A stretch of DNA of 63,435 bases, the filler included. It is 5 parts of 5 records of this genome, joined end to end, with 100 filler letters (N's around TTAATTAATTAA, not from the genome) between each part and the next. Parts side by side here need not be neighbours in the genome. Positions count along the whole stretch, not along the records: positions 1 to 11,302 come from SRR20825010_2409; positions 11,403 to 29,393 come from SRR20825010_2416; 3 more parts are not named here. One strand, 5' to 3'. Made by a program: the position numbers and the translations under genes. Position 1 is the stretch's first letter; each line of letters begins with the position of its first letter. Shown here one piece after another: positions 9,317-18,610 of this stretch. Under the pieces are notes generated by a model. It ran no database searches. It worked only from the letters and a program-made list of their open reading frames with translations, and was not told the DNA's origin.

Positions 9317-9329
9317 CTTTCTTGTTTTA

Positions 9330-9542
9330 TTAGTTACAGCCACAGCCTCCTCCAGTTTTCCCTCCATTTGCTCCTACAGCAGCTTCACGATATGAATGCA
9401 TCGTGGAAACATTTCGGTCAGCTTTCTTGTCTGCCAATGCCATATCTGGGTCATTTATATTTACTTTTTCGTATTCTTTAACTACAACGCAACTACTAAG
9501 ACAAGTAGTAATTAATGTAGCACATATAAATTTTTTAATCAT
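9330..9542 (-). CDS. DUF4266-type small lipoprotein
   Basis: Lipobox LSS-C; C-terminal YREAAVGANGGKTGGGCGCN signature. Confidence 0.85.
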   Translation of the reverse strand: MIKKFICATLITTCLSSCVVVKEYEKVNINDPDMALADKKADRNVSTMHSYREAAVGANGGKTGGGCGCN

Positions 9543-10519
9543 AACTTATCTATTTCTATATTCTTTGATTTCGTGATATTTCCTTTATCATCAATGATAA
9601 TACATTCTATTTTTGGTAATTGATTAATGCGGTCTAAACCAGCTTCTTTTCCCATAACAAATACTGAAGTTGCAAGTGCATCTGCCAATTCTGCTTTTGG
9701 TGCAAATACGGTTACACTTATAATTCCGGTAGAAGGATATCCAGTTCTTGGGTCAATAATATGTGTGTATCGTTTGCCATTAAAATTTACATATTTTTCA
9801 TAATTTCCAGAAGTAACTACAGCTCCATTTGTAATTGGTAATAATGCAAAGACTTTATTTTTATCCATTGGATTTGTGATGGCTACTTTCCATTCATTAC
9901 CATTAGGTTGTTTTCCCCAAGTATTCATATCTCCAGAAGCATTAATAATTCCAGAAGGTACACCTTTTGAAATAAGTAGATTTTTTGCCATATCAGCTGC
10001 ATATCCTTTTCCAATAGCACCAAAACCTATTTTCATTCCTTCTAATTTAAGAAAGATTGTACTATTCATTTTATCTAAAACTATGTTTTGATAGCCAACT
10101 TTTTCTACTGAAGCTGTTATTTCCTCTTTTGAAGGCATTTTGGCCATACTGCCATCAAACTTCCAAATTCTGTCCATTGAAGCATAGCTAATGTCAAAAG
10201 CACCATCAGTCAATTTTGAAATGCCTATTGCTCTTTCAATTAAATCAAACAATTCTTTGTCAACTTTCACAGGTTTAATTCCTGCATTGCGATTAATTTC
10301 GGATGTTTGAGAAGTATTATCCCAAGATGAAATTAAATTTTCAATTCTTGATATTTCTGCAACAGCAGTATCGATATATATGTTTGCTTTTATAGAATCG
10401 TTTGCAACAACAGTAATGTCAAATCGACTACCCATTAATTTGAGTGTTCTCTTATATGGTTGTTGTGCTGTACAACCCATTATTGAGAATAAAAATAATA
10501 AAGTGATTATATGTTTCAA
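9539..10519 (-). CDS. apbE: FAD:protein FMN transferase
   Basis: LMGSRF, TDGAFDIS, GAIGKGYAAD, VTSGNYEK, HIIDPRTGYP, ADALATS motifs. Confidence 0.95.
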   Translation of the reverse strand: MKHIITLLFLFSIMGCTAQQPYKRTLKLMGSRFDITVVANDSIKANIYIDTAVAEISRIENLISSWDNTSQTSEINRNAGIKPVKVDKELFDLIERAIGISKLTDGAFDISYASMDRIWKFDGSMAKMPSKEEITASVEKVGYQNIVLDKMNSTIFLKLEGMKIGFGAIGKGYAADMAKNLLISKGVPSGIINASGDMNTWGKQPNGNEWKVAITNPMDKNKVFALLPITNGAVVTSGNYEKYVNFNGKRYTHIIDPRTGYPSTGIISVTVFAPKAELADALATSVFVMGKEAGLDRINQLPKIECIIIDDKGNITKSKNIEIDKL

Positions 10520-10520
10520 A

Positions 10521-10961
10521 TTACTTTGTAAAAGCGTTTAATTCTTTAATATAATTTTCTGGTGTAGTCTTTTTATAACTACTTTCTCCTAACACTTGGC
10601 CATTAGAGTCAAGTACTACAACAAAAGGAAAAAAACCTTGTTTATTGTATTTTTCTGCAAGTAATGCATTCGCTTTTGTTTGTTTTTCTGACAATATGTT
10701 TTTCTTTCTTCTAGGAAAATCTGCCTTTAGCATAACATAATTATCTTTTGCATACTTTTTAAAAGTTTCTGTGCTCCAAATTTCTCTGTCAAGTTTAATA
10801 CAAGGTGCACACCAATCTGAACCTTGAAATACTAATATTATGGGTTTACTTTCTTTTGATGCAATTTCTTTTGCAACGTTAATATCTGTTTGCCATTCTT
10901 GAGCAATTATTGTATTTATACTTACAATCATTACAATTAATGCCGCAATAACTTTTTTCAT
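10521..10961 (-). CDS. Exported thioredoxin-family protein
   Basis: Signal peptide, FQGSDWCAPC active site, ADFPR, FP cis-Pro loop. Confidence 0.9.
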   Translation of the reverse strand: MKKVIAALIVMIVSINTIIAQEWQTDINVAKEIASKESKPIILVFQGSDWCAPCIKLDREIWSTETFKKYAKDNYVMLKADFPRRKKNILSEKQTKANALLAEKYNKQGFFPFVVVLDSNGQVLGESSYKKTTPENYIKELNAFTK

Positions 10962-11088
10962 TTTATTATTATTTATTATTGATAAATGAGATTGTCAACA
11001 ACTAGACAATACCTATTTAACGAATATATTGTTTTTTTGTTATGAACAACTCATTTTTTTTTTCAGTTTAATATTAGCATCAATTTGA

Positions 11089-11174
11089 GCGTTGGCAAAT
11101 AAACTGCTCTTTTGTTTTTTCAGAGTTGGCTTATGTGTTGAAAAAAAAACAAATGTGCTGTTTGTGGGTTGGCT
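11089..11174. repeat. Structured non-coding element, copy B
   Basis: GCGTTGGC...CTCTTTTG-N35-CAAATGTG...GTTGGCT with stem TTTGTTTTTT/AAAAAACAAA. Confidence 0.6.
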
Positions 11175-11210
11175 TTTTTTGTTCAAATGTTAAATTTTAG
11201 CACGATTTTC

Positions 11211-11224
11211 GCATTATGCACAAC
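11211..11224 (-). repeat. attC-like inverse core box (right), GCATTATGCACAAC
   Basis: Reverse complement GTTGTGCATAATGC matches 7832-7845; the intron boundary lies 8 nt further right. Confidence 0.55.
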
Positions 11225-11232
11225 GGTTTTGT

Positions 11233-11302
11233 GTCGAGTAGACAGGGGGAGTTTCACCCCGAGCCTCTCACAGAACCGTACGTGATAGTCTCCCATCATA
11301 CG
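11233..11302 (-). ncRNA. 3' end (domains V-VI) of a group II intron
   Basis: Minus strand CGTATGATGGGAGACTATCACGTACGGTTC (long DV) then TGTGAGAGGCTCGGGGTGAAACTCCCCCTGTCTACTCGAC (DVI with bulged A, AC terminus); truncated by the contig end. Confidence 0.9.
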
Positions 11303-11402
11303 NNNNNNNNNNNNNNNNNNNNNNNNNNNNNNNNNNNNNNNNNNNNTTAATTAATTAANNNNNNNNNNNNNNNNNNNNNNNNNNNNNNNNNNNNNNNNNN
11401 NN
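11303..11402. other. Artificial contig linker
   Basis: 100-nt N-run containing TTAATTAATTAA (stops in all six frames). Confidence 0.98.
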
Positions 11403-11403
11403 A

Positions 11404-11706
11404 AACGGAATTCTAATTGTTGAATTTGCCAACCAAAGGAAGGCCGATGGATTGAGCGTTCGCGATGCTGTTTTGGATGCCGCTAAATCACGTTTTCGAC
11501 CAATCCTTATGACATCTCTTTCTACCATTTTAGGGATTTTACCAATAGCCTTAGCACTTGGTGCAGGAGCTGAAAGTAGGGTTTCCATGGGAGTGGCCAT
11601 TATTGGTGGATTGATATTCTCTACCATTTTGACACTTTTTGTTATTCCCGCTGTCTATACCTATTTCTCCAGTAAAAAAAGTAGACTTTCTAGAACGACT
11701 GCCTGA
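11404..11706 (+). CDS. RND efflux transporter (AcrB family), C-terminal fragment
   Basis: NGILIVEFAN...SRFRPILMTSLSTILGILP...GGLIFSTILTLFVIPAVY. Confidence 0.9.
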   Translation, partial: NGILIVEFANQRKADGLSVRDAVLDAAKSRFRPILMTSLSTILGILPIALALGAGAESRVSMGVAIIGGLIFSTILTLFVIPAVYTYFSSKKSRLSRTTA

Positions 11707-11708
11707 TT

Positions 11709-13013
11709 ATGAAAATGAAAATAGCTTTAGTACTCTTCTTTGCCGCTTTAGTAAAAGTTAGTGCACAAGAACCCCTAACTATTACTGAGGCCGTTCAGTT
11801 GGGCCTTGAACATAACTTGTCGATTAAGATTTCAAAGAAATCGGCAGAAACCAGTGCCAATAATTCTAATATGAGTTATGGTGCACTGCTGCCCACTTTT
11901 GGCGTTACTGCGAATAAATCTTTTAGCAATACAGATGTTACACAGCAATTGGCTAACAGTAATGAGACGAGAGAGATTAAGGATGCCAAGACCAATAACT
12001 TGAACATCTCTCCAACTTTAAACTGGACAGTTTTTGATGGTTTGGGGATGTTTCATACCCGAGACCGACTGAAAGTACAAGCCCAATTGGGAGAAGATGA
12101 TCTTCAAATTCAAATTGAAAATAATATCGCACTTATTTCTAATGCCTATTACAGAGTAGTGCTAGAACAAGAAAGGGCGCGTGTTTTTCAAGATGCGCTA
12201 GATTTGAGTAAACAGCGTTTGGAGCTGGCTTATACTAGATACGAAGTGGGTAAAGCTTCTAAACTAGTATACCTTCAGGCGCAAGTGGATTACAACTCTG
12301 ATTCGTCTAGTTTCTTAATTCAAGAGGAGTTAATCCACAATGTAAAACTGGAGTTGAATCGGCTATTGGGTCAAGACTTAGAAAACGAGTACGAAATCAC
12401 TTCTGGCTTTTCTTTCGATAGTTCAATAGCCTTAGATGAAGTACTTGCTGACGCCAATTTGAATAGTCCTACTGTGGTGAGAGCGCAACGAAACAGGGAC
12501 ATAAATTACCTTCAAATGAAGGAATTGAATGCTGAAAAATTCCCACGAGTGAGCTTGAACTTCGGCTATACTTACAATGACAGAAACTCTGATGCTGGGG
12601 CGGTTTTGAGTAACCTTTCAACAGGTTTTAACTATGGTGCAGGACTCTCGTTTAATATTTTCAATGGTTTTGATTTAAAAAGAAGAGAGCAAAATGCTCA
12701 GATTCAACTAGAGATGACGGAACTTCAAATTCGTGATCTTACTCAATCTTTGGAGTCTGATGTTCGTAAGGTGTATGGGAATTATAGAAACAGTATTCGC
12801 CTTAATCAATTGGAAGAATTGAACCTAGAAGTGGCCAAAGAAAACTATGATATAGCACTCGAAAGGTTCAAAGTGGGTAACTCAACTGCCATTGAATTGC
12901 GTGAAGCACAGATTAACCTAGTGCAGGCCGAAATTAGAAAAATCACTTCTCAATACAACGTTAAATTGTCTGAAATCGAGCTTAAAAGACTTTCAGGAGG
13001 GAACGTAAAGTAG
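11709..13013 (+). CDS. TolC-family outer-membrane efflux protein
   Basis: Signal peptide, duplicated OEP pattern (RYEVGKAS / RFKVGNST); follows the RND gene. Confidence 0.9.
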   Translation: MKMKIALVLFFAALVKVSAQEPLTITEAVQLGLEHNLSIKISKKSAETSANNSNMSYGALLPTFGVTANKSFSNTDVTQQLANSNETREIKDAKTNNLNISPTLNWTVFDGLGMFHTRDRLKVQAQLGEDDLQIQIENNIALISNAYYRVVLEQERARVFQDALDLSKQRLELAYTRYEVGKASKLVYLQAQVDYNSDSSSFLIQEELIHNVKLELNRLLGQDLENEYEITSGFSFDSSIALDEVLADANLNSPTVVRAQRNRDINYLQMKELNAEKFPRVSLNFGYTYNDRNSDAGAVLSNLSTGFNYGAGLSFNIFNGFDLKRREQNAQIQLEMTELQIRDLTQSLESDVRKVYGNYRNSIRLNQLEELNLEVAKENYDIALERFKVGNSTAIELREAQINLVQAEIRKITSQYNVKLSEIELKRLSGGNVK

Positions 13014-13129
13014 TTGATATATCCCTGTTGGCTTTGATTCCATAGTTTTCTTGAGTATTTTATCTGATTGAATTTGAACGATTTGCCCCTTGGGCTGGTT
13101 TAAGTTCTTGCTCACCATCAGGAGAGAAT

Positions 13130-14635
13130 ATGATAAAAAGAAAGTCGTTAGTGATTTTTATGGCCTTGGTTTCGGGGCTCCTTCTATTTACATCGTGTCG
13201 AAAAAGCGCCACCACAAACGGTGGTGAAGTCATTATGCCTGAATTACGTGCAGCGCCAGTTAATTTTGGTTTTGATGAAATTAAGGAACAAGGCACCCTT
13301 ACTGCGGTAGTTGATAATAGTTCTACGGGATATTTTATTTACAGAGGCCAACCTATGGGTTACGAGTACGACCTGCTTTCTCGAATGGCTTCTGACTTGA
13401 ATCTTTCCCTCAAAATTAAGCTTACATCAGATATTGAAGAAGCATTTTTTATGCTGAATACGGGAGCAGCAGATGTAATGGCCTACCACTTAACTGTGAC
13501 CAAAGAACGGACAGAGCGTGTAGCTTTTACAGATAGCCATACTGAAGTAAGACAAGTATTAGTACAGCGCAAACCAAAAGGCTGGAGAAAAATGAAACTC
13601 CATGAAATTGAAGAAAGCATGATCAGAAATCCTCTTGATTTAGGGGGGAAAGAAGTTTATACGCGAAAAGGTTCTTCCTTTTCGGAAAGGCTCGAAAATT
13701 TATCTAATGAAATTGGGGAAGATATAATTATCCTAGAAGACGTTGCCATAATGGACACGGAGTCGCTGATCAAAAAAGTAGCTGAAGGCGAAATTGAATA
13801 CACCATTGCCGATGAAGACATTGCAATGATTAATGCCACTTATTACCCTGATTTGGATGTGAAAACTGCCATTAGCTTCCCTCAGAAGATAGCTTGGGCA
13901 GTGCGGAAAAATGCGCCAGTTTTAAAAGACACAATCAACTATTGGTTGGACGAAGTAAAGGCAACTCCTGATTTTAATATGATTTATGATCGCTACTTTA
14001 AGTATAGAAAAACACAAAATTTAAGGGCGCAAAGCGATTTTAGTTCTGTGGGTGGAACCATGATTTCCCCCTATGATGAATTGTTTAAATCCGCTGCTGA
14101 AAACCTTTCCGTGGACTGGGTGATGTTGGCTTCTTTGGCCTATCAAGAATCAAAGTTTGATCCGGAAGTGGAATCATGGGCAGGAGCAAAAGGGCTATTG
14201 CAACTGACAGACATATCGATTGAGCAGTTTAATGTCCAAGATCCTTTTAACCCTGAGGAAAGCATAGAGGCAGGGACTGAGTTTTTAGAATGGCTGGAAG
14301 ACTACTGGGCGGATAAAGTAATCGATCCCAAGGAACGGCTAAAGTTTGTGTTGGGCTCTTACAATGTGGGCCAAGGTCATGTAATGGATGCCGTAAAACT
14401 GACGAAGAAATACGGAAAGGATCCTCAGGTTTGGGATGATAATGTTGCAGAATACTTGATAGCTAAATCCACCGAGAAATTCTATACCGACCCAGTTGTT
14501 AGGTTTGGGTATTGTAGGGGAGATGAACCAGTGAATTACGTGAAGAAGATTTTGGAAAGGTATGATCAATACAAAACCTTGTTTGCAAAGAACCTGGAAG
14601 AACAGTCGGACTCTACTTTGGTTACGGCACGTTAA
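13130..14635 (+). CDS. MltF-like lytic transglycosylase (substrate-binding domain plus SLT)
   Basis: GYEYDL binding-protein domain; YQESKFDP and GAKGLLQ SLT motifs; SYNVGQGHV. Confidence 0.85.
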   Translation: MIKRKSLVIFMALVSGLLLFTSCRKSATTNGGEVIMPELRAAPVNFGFDEIKEQGTLTAVVDNSSTGYFIYRGQPMGYEYDLLSRMASDLNLSLKIKLTSDIEEAFFMLNTGAADVMAYHLTVTKERTERVAFTDSHTEVRQVLVQRKPKGWRKMKLHEIEESMIRNPLDLGGKEVYTRKGSSFSERLENLSNEIGEDIIILEDVAIMDTESLIKKVAEGEIEYTIADEDIAMINATYYPDLDVKTAISFPQKIAWAVRKNAPVLKDTINYWLDEVKATPDFNMIYDRYFKYRKTQNLRAQSDFSSVGGTMISPYDELFKSAAENLSVDWVMLASLAYQESKFDPEVESWAGAKGLLQLTDISIEQFNVQDPFNPEESIEAGTEFLEWLEDYWADKVIDPKERLKFVLGSYNVGQGHVMDAVKLTKKYGKDPQVWDDNVAEYLIAKSTEKFYTDPVVRFGYCRGDEPVNYVKKILERYDQYKTLFAKNLEEQSDSTLVTAR

Positions 14636-16099
14636 TTACTCAAAGTTATCGGCCACAATTTTGGCGGACAATAAGCACAATGGGATTCCACCTCCTGGGT
14701 GAACGCTTCCACCACAAAAATACAATCCTTTGATCCGTTTTGAAAAATTAGGATGCCTCAAAAATGCAGCATACTTATTATTTGAGCTGTTTCCATAGAG
14801 CGCGCCTTGCGTAGATGAGGTACGGACCTCAATTTTTATTGGGTCTAAAATGTCTTCTACTTCAATCAAAGGCTCAATATCTTCACCCAATTGTTCAGAG
14901 AGTTTGACTAAGATATTCTTTCTAGCTTCTTTAATTATCTCTTCCCAATCTTGCCCTTGATTATTAGGTACATTAATCATGGTGAACCAATTTTGACAGC
15001 CTTCTGGGGCATCATCTGGCTTTTGGGTCGAAGTGATATTTACATACACTGTAGGGTCTTCGTAAACACTTCCTTTTTTGAATATGTGTTGGAATTCTTT
15101 TTCATAATCATTTGAGAAGAAAATGTTATGAAGATCGAGTTGTTTAAAGTTCTTCTTGATCCCCCAATAAAAAATAAGCGCAGAGCTGGACTTGGGCTGA
15201 TTGATGAGTTTTGTAGGTTTTTGTTCGCCTTTCAATAGTTTTTCATAGGTGTTTACAATATCCATGTTACTCACTACCCTATCCATTTTATGGAATCCAA
15301 ATTTGGTAATCACCCCTTTGGTTTGCCCCTTGTGTAATGTAATCTTGCTGACGGGTGTATTGAAAAGGAATTTGACTCCCACTTTTTTTGCCAAAGTGTA
15401 AAGACTTTGTGTGATATCATGCATCCCTTGAGTCGGAAAGTAGGCACCTATCCCAAATTCCAAATGCGGAATAATGTTCATTGTGCCAGGGGCTTGGTAA
15501 GGATCCGAGCCATTATAAGTAGCGTAACGATCAAAGAGTTGTACCACTTTTTCACTTTTAAACCTCGCCTTGTTGACCTGATGCATGCTGCTATTAAAAT
15601 TGAATTTAGATAGCTTCCCGTAGGATAGGATCGCGCGCTTACTTAGCCATGTACTAAGTTTATGCAATGACTTTTGCATAAATAGCGGTGATAGAGATGA
15701 ATAGAGGAAAGCACTTTTACTCAGTGCTTTCTCAATGTTTTCCTTTGGCTCTCCTGTTTTTTGATGGATCTCCTCTTTTAATGCCTCAATGTCTGCCACA
15801 GCATTGATCTCGGTGCCATCGGGGTAGAAATATTTACAGGTAGTATCAAGTTTTTTGTAATTAAAGTATGCTTTGGTGTCCAAACCATGCAACTCAAAAA
15901 GTGCTTCAATTTCTTCTGGTAATGTAAATAATGAAGGTCCAGCGTCAAAGCGATAGTTACCCAATTGAATTTCGGTAAGTTTTCCTCCTGGGTAGTTATT
16001 GGCTTCAAAAACAGATACGATATATCCCTTCTTCGCTAATCGAATAGCACATGCCAAACCTGCAATACCAGAGCCTATAATGGCCACGGTTTTTCTCAT
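14636..16099 (-). CDS. crtD: Phytoene-desaturase-family carotenoid desaturase (CrtD-like)
   Basis: GSGIAG dinucleotide fold, YRFDAGPSLFTLP, RYATYNGSDP, GGSVHPGGGIPLCLLS. Confidence 0.75.
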   Translation of the reverse strand: MRKTVAIIGSGIAGLACAIRLAKKGYIVSVFEANNYPGGKLTEIQLGNYRFDAGPSLFTLPEEIEALFELHGLDTKAYFNYKKLDTTCKYFYPDGTEINAVADIEALKEEIHQKTGEPKENIEKALSKSAFLYSSLSPLFMQKSLHKLSTWLSKRAILSYGKLSKFNFNSSMHQVNKARFKSEKVVQLFDRYATYNGSDPYQAPGTMNIIPHLEFGIGAYFPTQGMHDITQSLYTLAKKVGVKFLFNTPVSKITLHKGQTKGVITKFGFHKMDRVVSNMDIVNTYEKLLKGEQKPTKLINQPKSSSALIFYWGIKKNFKQLDLHNIFFSNDYEKEFQHIFKKGSVYEDPTVYVNITSTQKPDDAPEGCQNWFTMINVPNNQGQDWEEIIKEARKNILVKLSEQLGEDIEPLIEVEDILDPIKIEVRTSSTQGALYGNSSNNKYAAFLRHPNFSKRIKGLYFCGGSVHPGGGIPLCLLSAKIVADNFE

Positions 16100-16296
16100 A
16101 GAATTAAGTTTTCTACTGTATTGTAACTAAATGGGCGTTGGGGGGAGGTGTTTGTTTGTAATCAACAAGGAATACATGGCGAAAAAATATACTTTCGTTT
16201 ACAATTCCAAACAAATGGAGAGTTTATGATCTAGATTAATGCTTTTGGTATCTCATTTTCTATATTAACTCACCATGACAGAAGTGATTTGGGTAT

Positions 16297-17550
16297 TTAT
16301 GCAAATCGCTCAACATCTAGTAAAGGAGATACAATTGATGGTTTCTTACCCAAGATCTCTTCTGAGAGCATATGTCCTGTAATTGGCCCCAAAGTAAAAC
16401 CAAGCATTGCGTGTCCAGTTCCCACAAGGAGGTTTTTGTATTTTTTTGTCCGGCCAATGTAGGGCAGGCCATCTGGTGTGCATGGACGCAAACCAGCCCA
16501 AGTTTCAATTTGAGAGAAATCTTGCTCTTGAAACTGAGGCATAAATTCCTTCACGGATTTGATGATCCCCTGAACCCTTTTTTCATTGATATTCAAACTC
16601 GTGCCAGCAATTTCCATGGTGCCAGCAATGCGTAAACCATGCATCATTGGTGTGGTCGCCACTCTTCCTTCCACCAAAATTGAAGGAAGCTTAGGCATAG
16701 CAATTGGGCTTGGAAGTGTAAAACTATATCCTTTTCCTGCTTGTAAAGGAATGTCAACCTTCAACTGCTTCATCAGTATTGGCGACCAAGAACCCGCAGA
16801 AAGCACATACTCATCAGCAGAGAATTCTCCTTTTGAAGTAATCAGTTTTTCTAATTTAAAACCTTTATGAATGATTTTTTCCAGTTCGGTATTGTACTGG
16901 AAGTTGACACCCATTTGGGTTAGTATTTCCTTGAACTTTTGCATGAATACATTGGGTGTCATCCATGCATCGCAACCAAAATATACCGAACCCGCCATAT
17001 TATACTGCACGTTTGGCTCCATGGCTTCGGTCTCAGTACGGCTCAAAACCTCAGCTTCGAGCCCAAAGGATTTGGCTAGTTCTACCAATTCAATTTCGTG
17101 GTGAAGAGCACTTTCGGTCTTGCAGATCATCAGAAGCCCAGGTTTCTTATAACCCGCTTCAATGTTTTCCTCAGCCATGATTTTTTCATAGAGCGATTGA
17201 CTTTGAACCGTCAGGTCATAAAGCACTTGGGCAGCAGCTCCTGCTTTAACTATCGTTGCCGATTTCTTGAAAAGTAATCCCCATTTAATAAGGTCTCGAT
17301 TAAGGCGCGGCTTAATATAAAATGGACTTTCAGCATTGAGCATCCACTTAAGGCCCTGACTGATAATTCCCGGAGAAGCCATTGGAATTAAGTGGCTAGG
17401 CGCAACGTATCCCGCATTTCCCATAGAGCAGTTACTATTACCATCTGTGTTGTCGATTACGGTGACTTCCACTCCTTGTTTACGAAGGAAATAGGCAGTG
17501 CTTAGCCCCACAATGCCAGCACCAATCACAATTACTTTTTTCGTTTCCAT
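16297..17550 (-). CDS. FAD-dependent D-amino-acid dehydrogenase (probable D-hydroxyproline dehydrogenase)
   Basis: GAGIVG, SMGNAG, GKGYS, WAGLRPCTPDGLP, GHAMLG motifs; lies in the hydroxyproline operon. Confidence 0.85.
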   Translation of the reverse strand: METKKVIVIGAGIVGLSTAYFLRKQGVEVTVIDNTDGNSNCSMGNAGYVAPSHLIPMASPGIISQGLKWMLNAESPFYIKPRLNRDLIKWGLLFKKSATIVKAGAAAQVLYDLTVQSQSLYEKIMAEENIEAGYKKPGLLMICKTESALHHEIELVELAKSFGLEAEVLSRTETEAMEPNVQYNMAGSVYFGCDAWMTPNVFMQKFKEILTQMGVNFQYNTELEKIIHKGFKLEKLITSKGEFSADEYVLSAGSWSPILMKQLKVDIPLQAGKGYSFTLPSPIAMPKLPSILVEGRVATTPMMHGLRIAGTMEIAGTSLNINEKRVQGIIKSVKEFMPQFQEQDFSQIETWAGLRPCTPDGLPYIGRTKKYKNLLVGTGHAMLGFTLGPITGHMLSEEILGKKPSIVSPLLDVERFA

Positions 17551-17553
17551 TGT

Positions 17554-18552
17554 CTAAATCACCTGAAAACCATAGGCGTATGGATCATCGTCATCAATTA
17601 CTATTGTATTGTATCCCGTGATTCTGGCCCAGCCTTCTATGCTTGGAATAATACCCGAATACGCGCCTAATTTAACTACATCTTCGACTTTTCCAGTAAA
17701 CTGGCTGCCAATAATACTCTCGTGAACGAATTGGTCTCCTTTATTCAGTTTTCCTTTGGCAGCCCATTGTGCCATCCGTGCCGAAGTACCTGTGCCACAA
17801 GGAGATCTGTCGATGGCTTTGTCTCCATAAAATACTGCGTTTCTAGCCGTAGAATTAGGTTGAAGCGGTAGCCCCGTCCAAAGTACGTGACTTAAACCGC
17901 CAATGGTGTCATTTTCTGGATGGCTGAAAGTGTTTTCTGCATTGATGCGCTCTCTAATCTTCAAACTCCAACCGATCAATTGCATGGCGGTGTAATCGGC
18001 CATGTCTCGGTAATTTTCTTGAGGGTCAACAATGGCATAATAATTTCCGCCATAGGCCACATCCACCTTAAGCATTCCTAAATCAGGACATTCAACTTCG
18101 ATATTTTCTTTCGCCAAGTAAGCAGGCACGTTGGTCAGCTTTACCGAAGTCACTCTTTTCCCTTCCTGCTGATATTCAATTTTCACCAAACCCGCTGGTG
18201 TTTCTAGCCTCAAGTGCCCTGGTATTTTGGGTTGAACCAAACCCTCCTCAATCATAATTGTCACTGTACCGATGGTTCCATGGCCGCACATGGGCAAGCA
18301 ACCACTGGTTTCGATAAACAACACTCCGATGTCATTTGCGGGGTCAGATGGCGGATAAAGAATACTCCCAGACATCATATCGTGTCCACGCGGCTCAAAC
18401 ATCAATCCCTTTCGAATCCAGTCGAATTCTCTGAGAAAATGCTGTCGCTTTTCACTCATATTGGCACCTTCTAGAATAGGACCGCCCCCAGCTACCAGTC
18501 TAACTGGATTACCGCAAGTATGGGCATCGATGCAGAAAAAACGCTTGTTCAT
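17554..18552 (-). CDS. 4-hydroxyproline 2-epimerase (proline racemase family)
   Basis: DAHTCGNP, EPRGH, MCGHGTIG and DRSPCGTGTSA catalytic Cys motifs. Confidence 0.92.
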   Translation of the reverse strand: MNKRFFCIDAHTCGNPVRLVAGGGPILEGANMSEKRQHFLREFDWIRKGLMFEPRGHDMMSGSILYPPSDPANDIGVLFIETSGCLPMCGHGTIGTVTIMIEEGLVQPKIPGHLRLETPAGLVKIEYQQEGKRVTSVKLTNVPAYLAKENIEVECPDLGMLKVDVAYGGNYYAIVDPQENYRDMADYTAMQLIGWSLKIRERINAENTFSHPENDTIGGLSHVLWTGLPLQPNSTARNAVFYGDKAIDRSPCGTGTSARMAQWAAKGKLNKGDQFVHESIIGSQFTGKVEDVVKLGAYSGIIPSIEGWARITGYNTIVIDDDDPYAYGFQVI

Positions 18553-18610
18553 ATTAATGAGATAGGGGATTAGTGAATTAATGAAATAAGGGAAAGAATG
18601 ATTGAATGTT
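18553..18610. repeat. Degenerate octamer tandem array downstream of four-helix-bundle gene 1
   Basis: ATTAATGA GATAGGGG ATTAGTGA ATTAATGA AATAAGGG AAAGAATG ATTGAATG; fills the whole intergenic space. Confidence 0.75.

Noticed and set aside
10990-11050. A third attC-like site (GTCAACAAC...GTTATGAAC) upstream of the thioredoxin gene
   Set aside because: The boxes are not complementary and the hairpin is weak; possibly a decayed site but not supportable.
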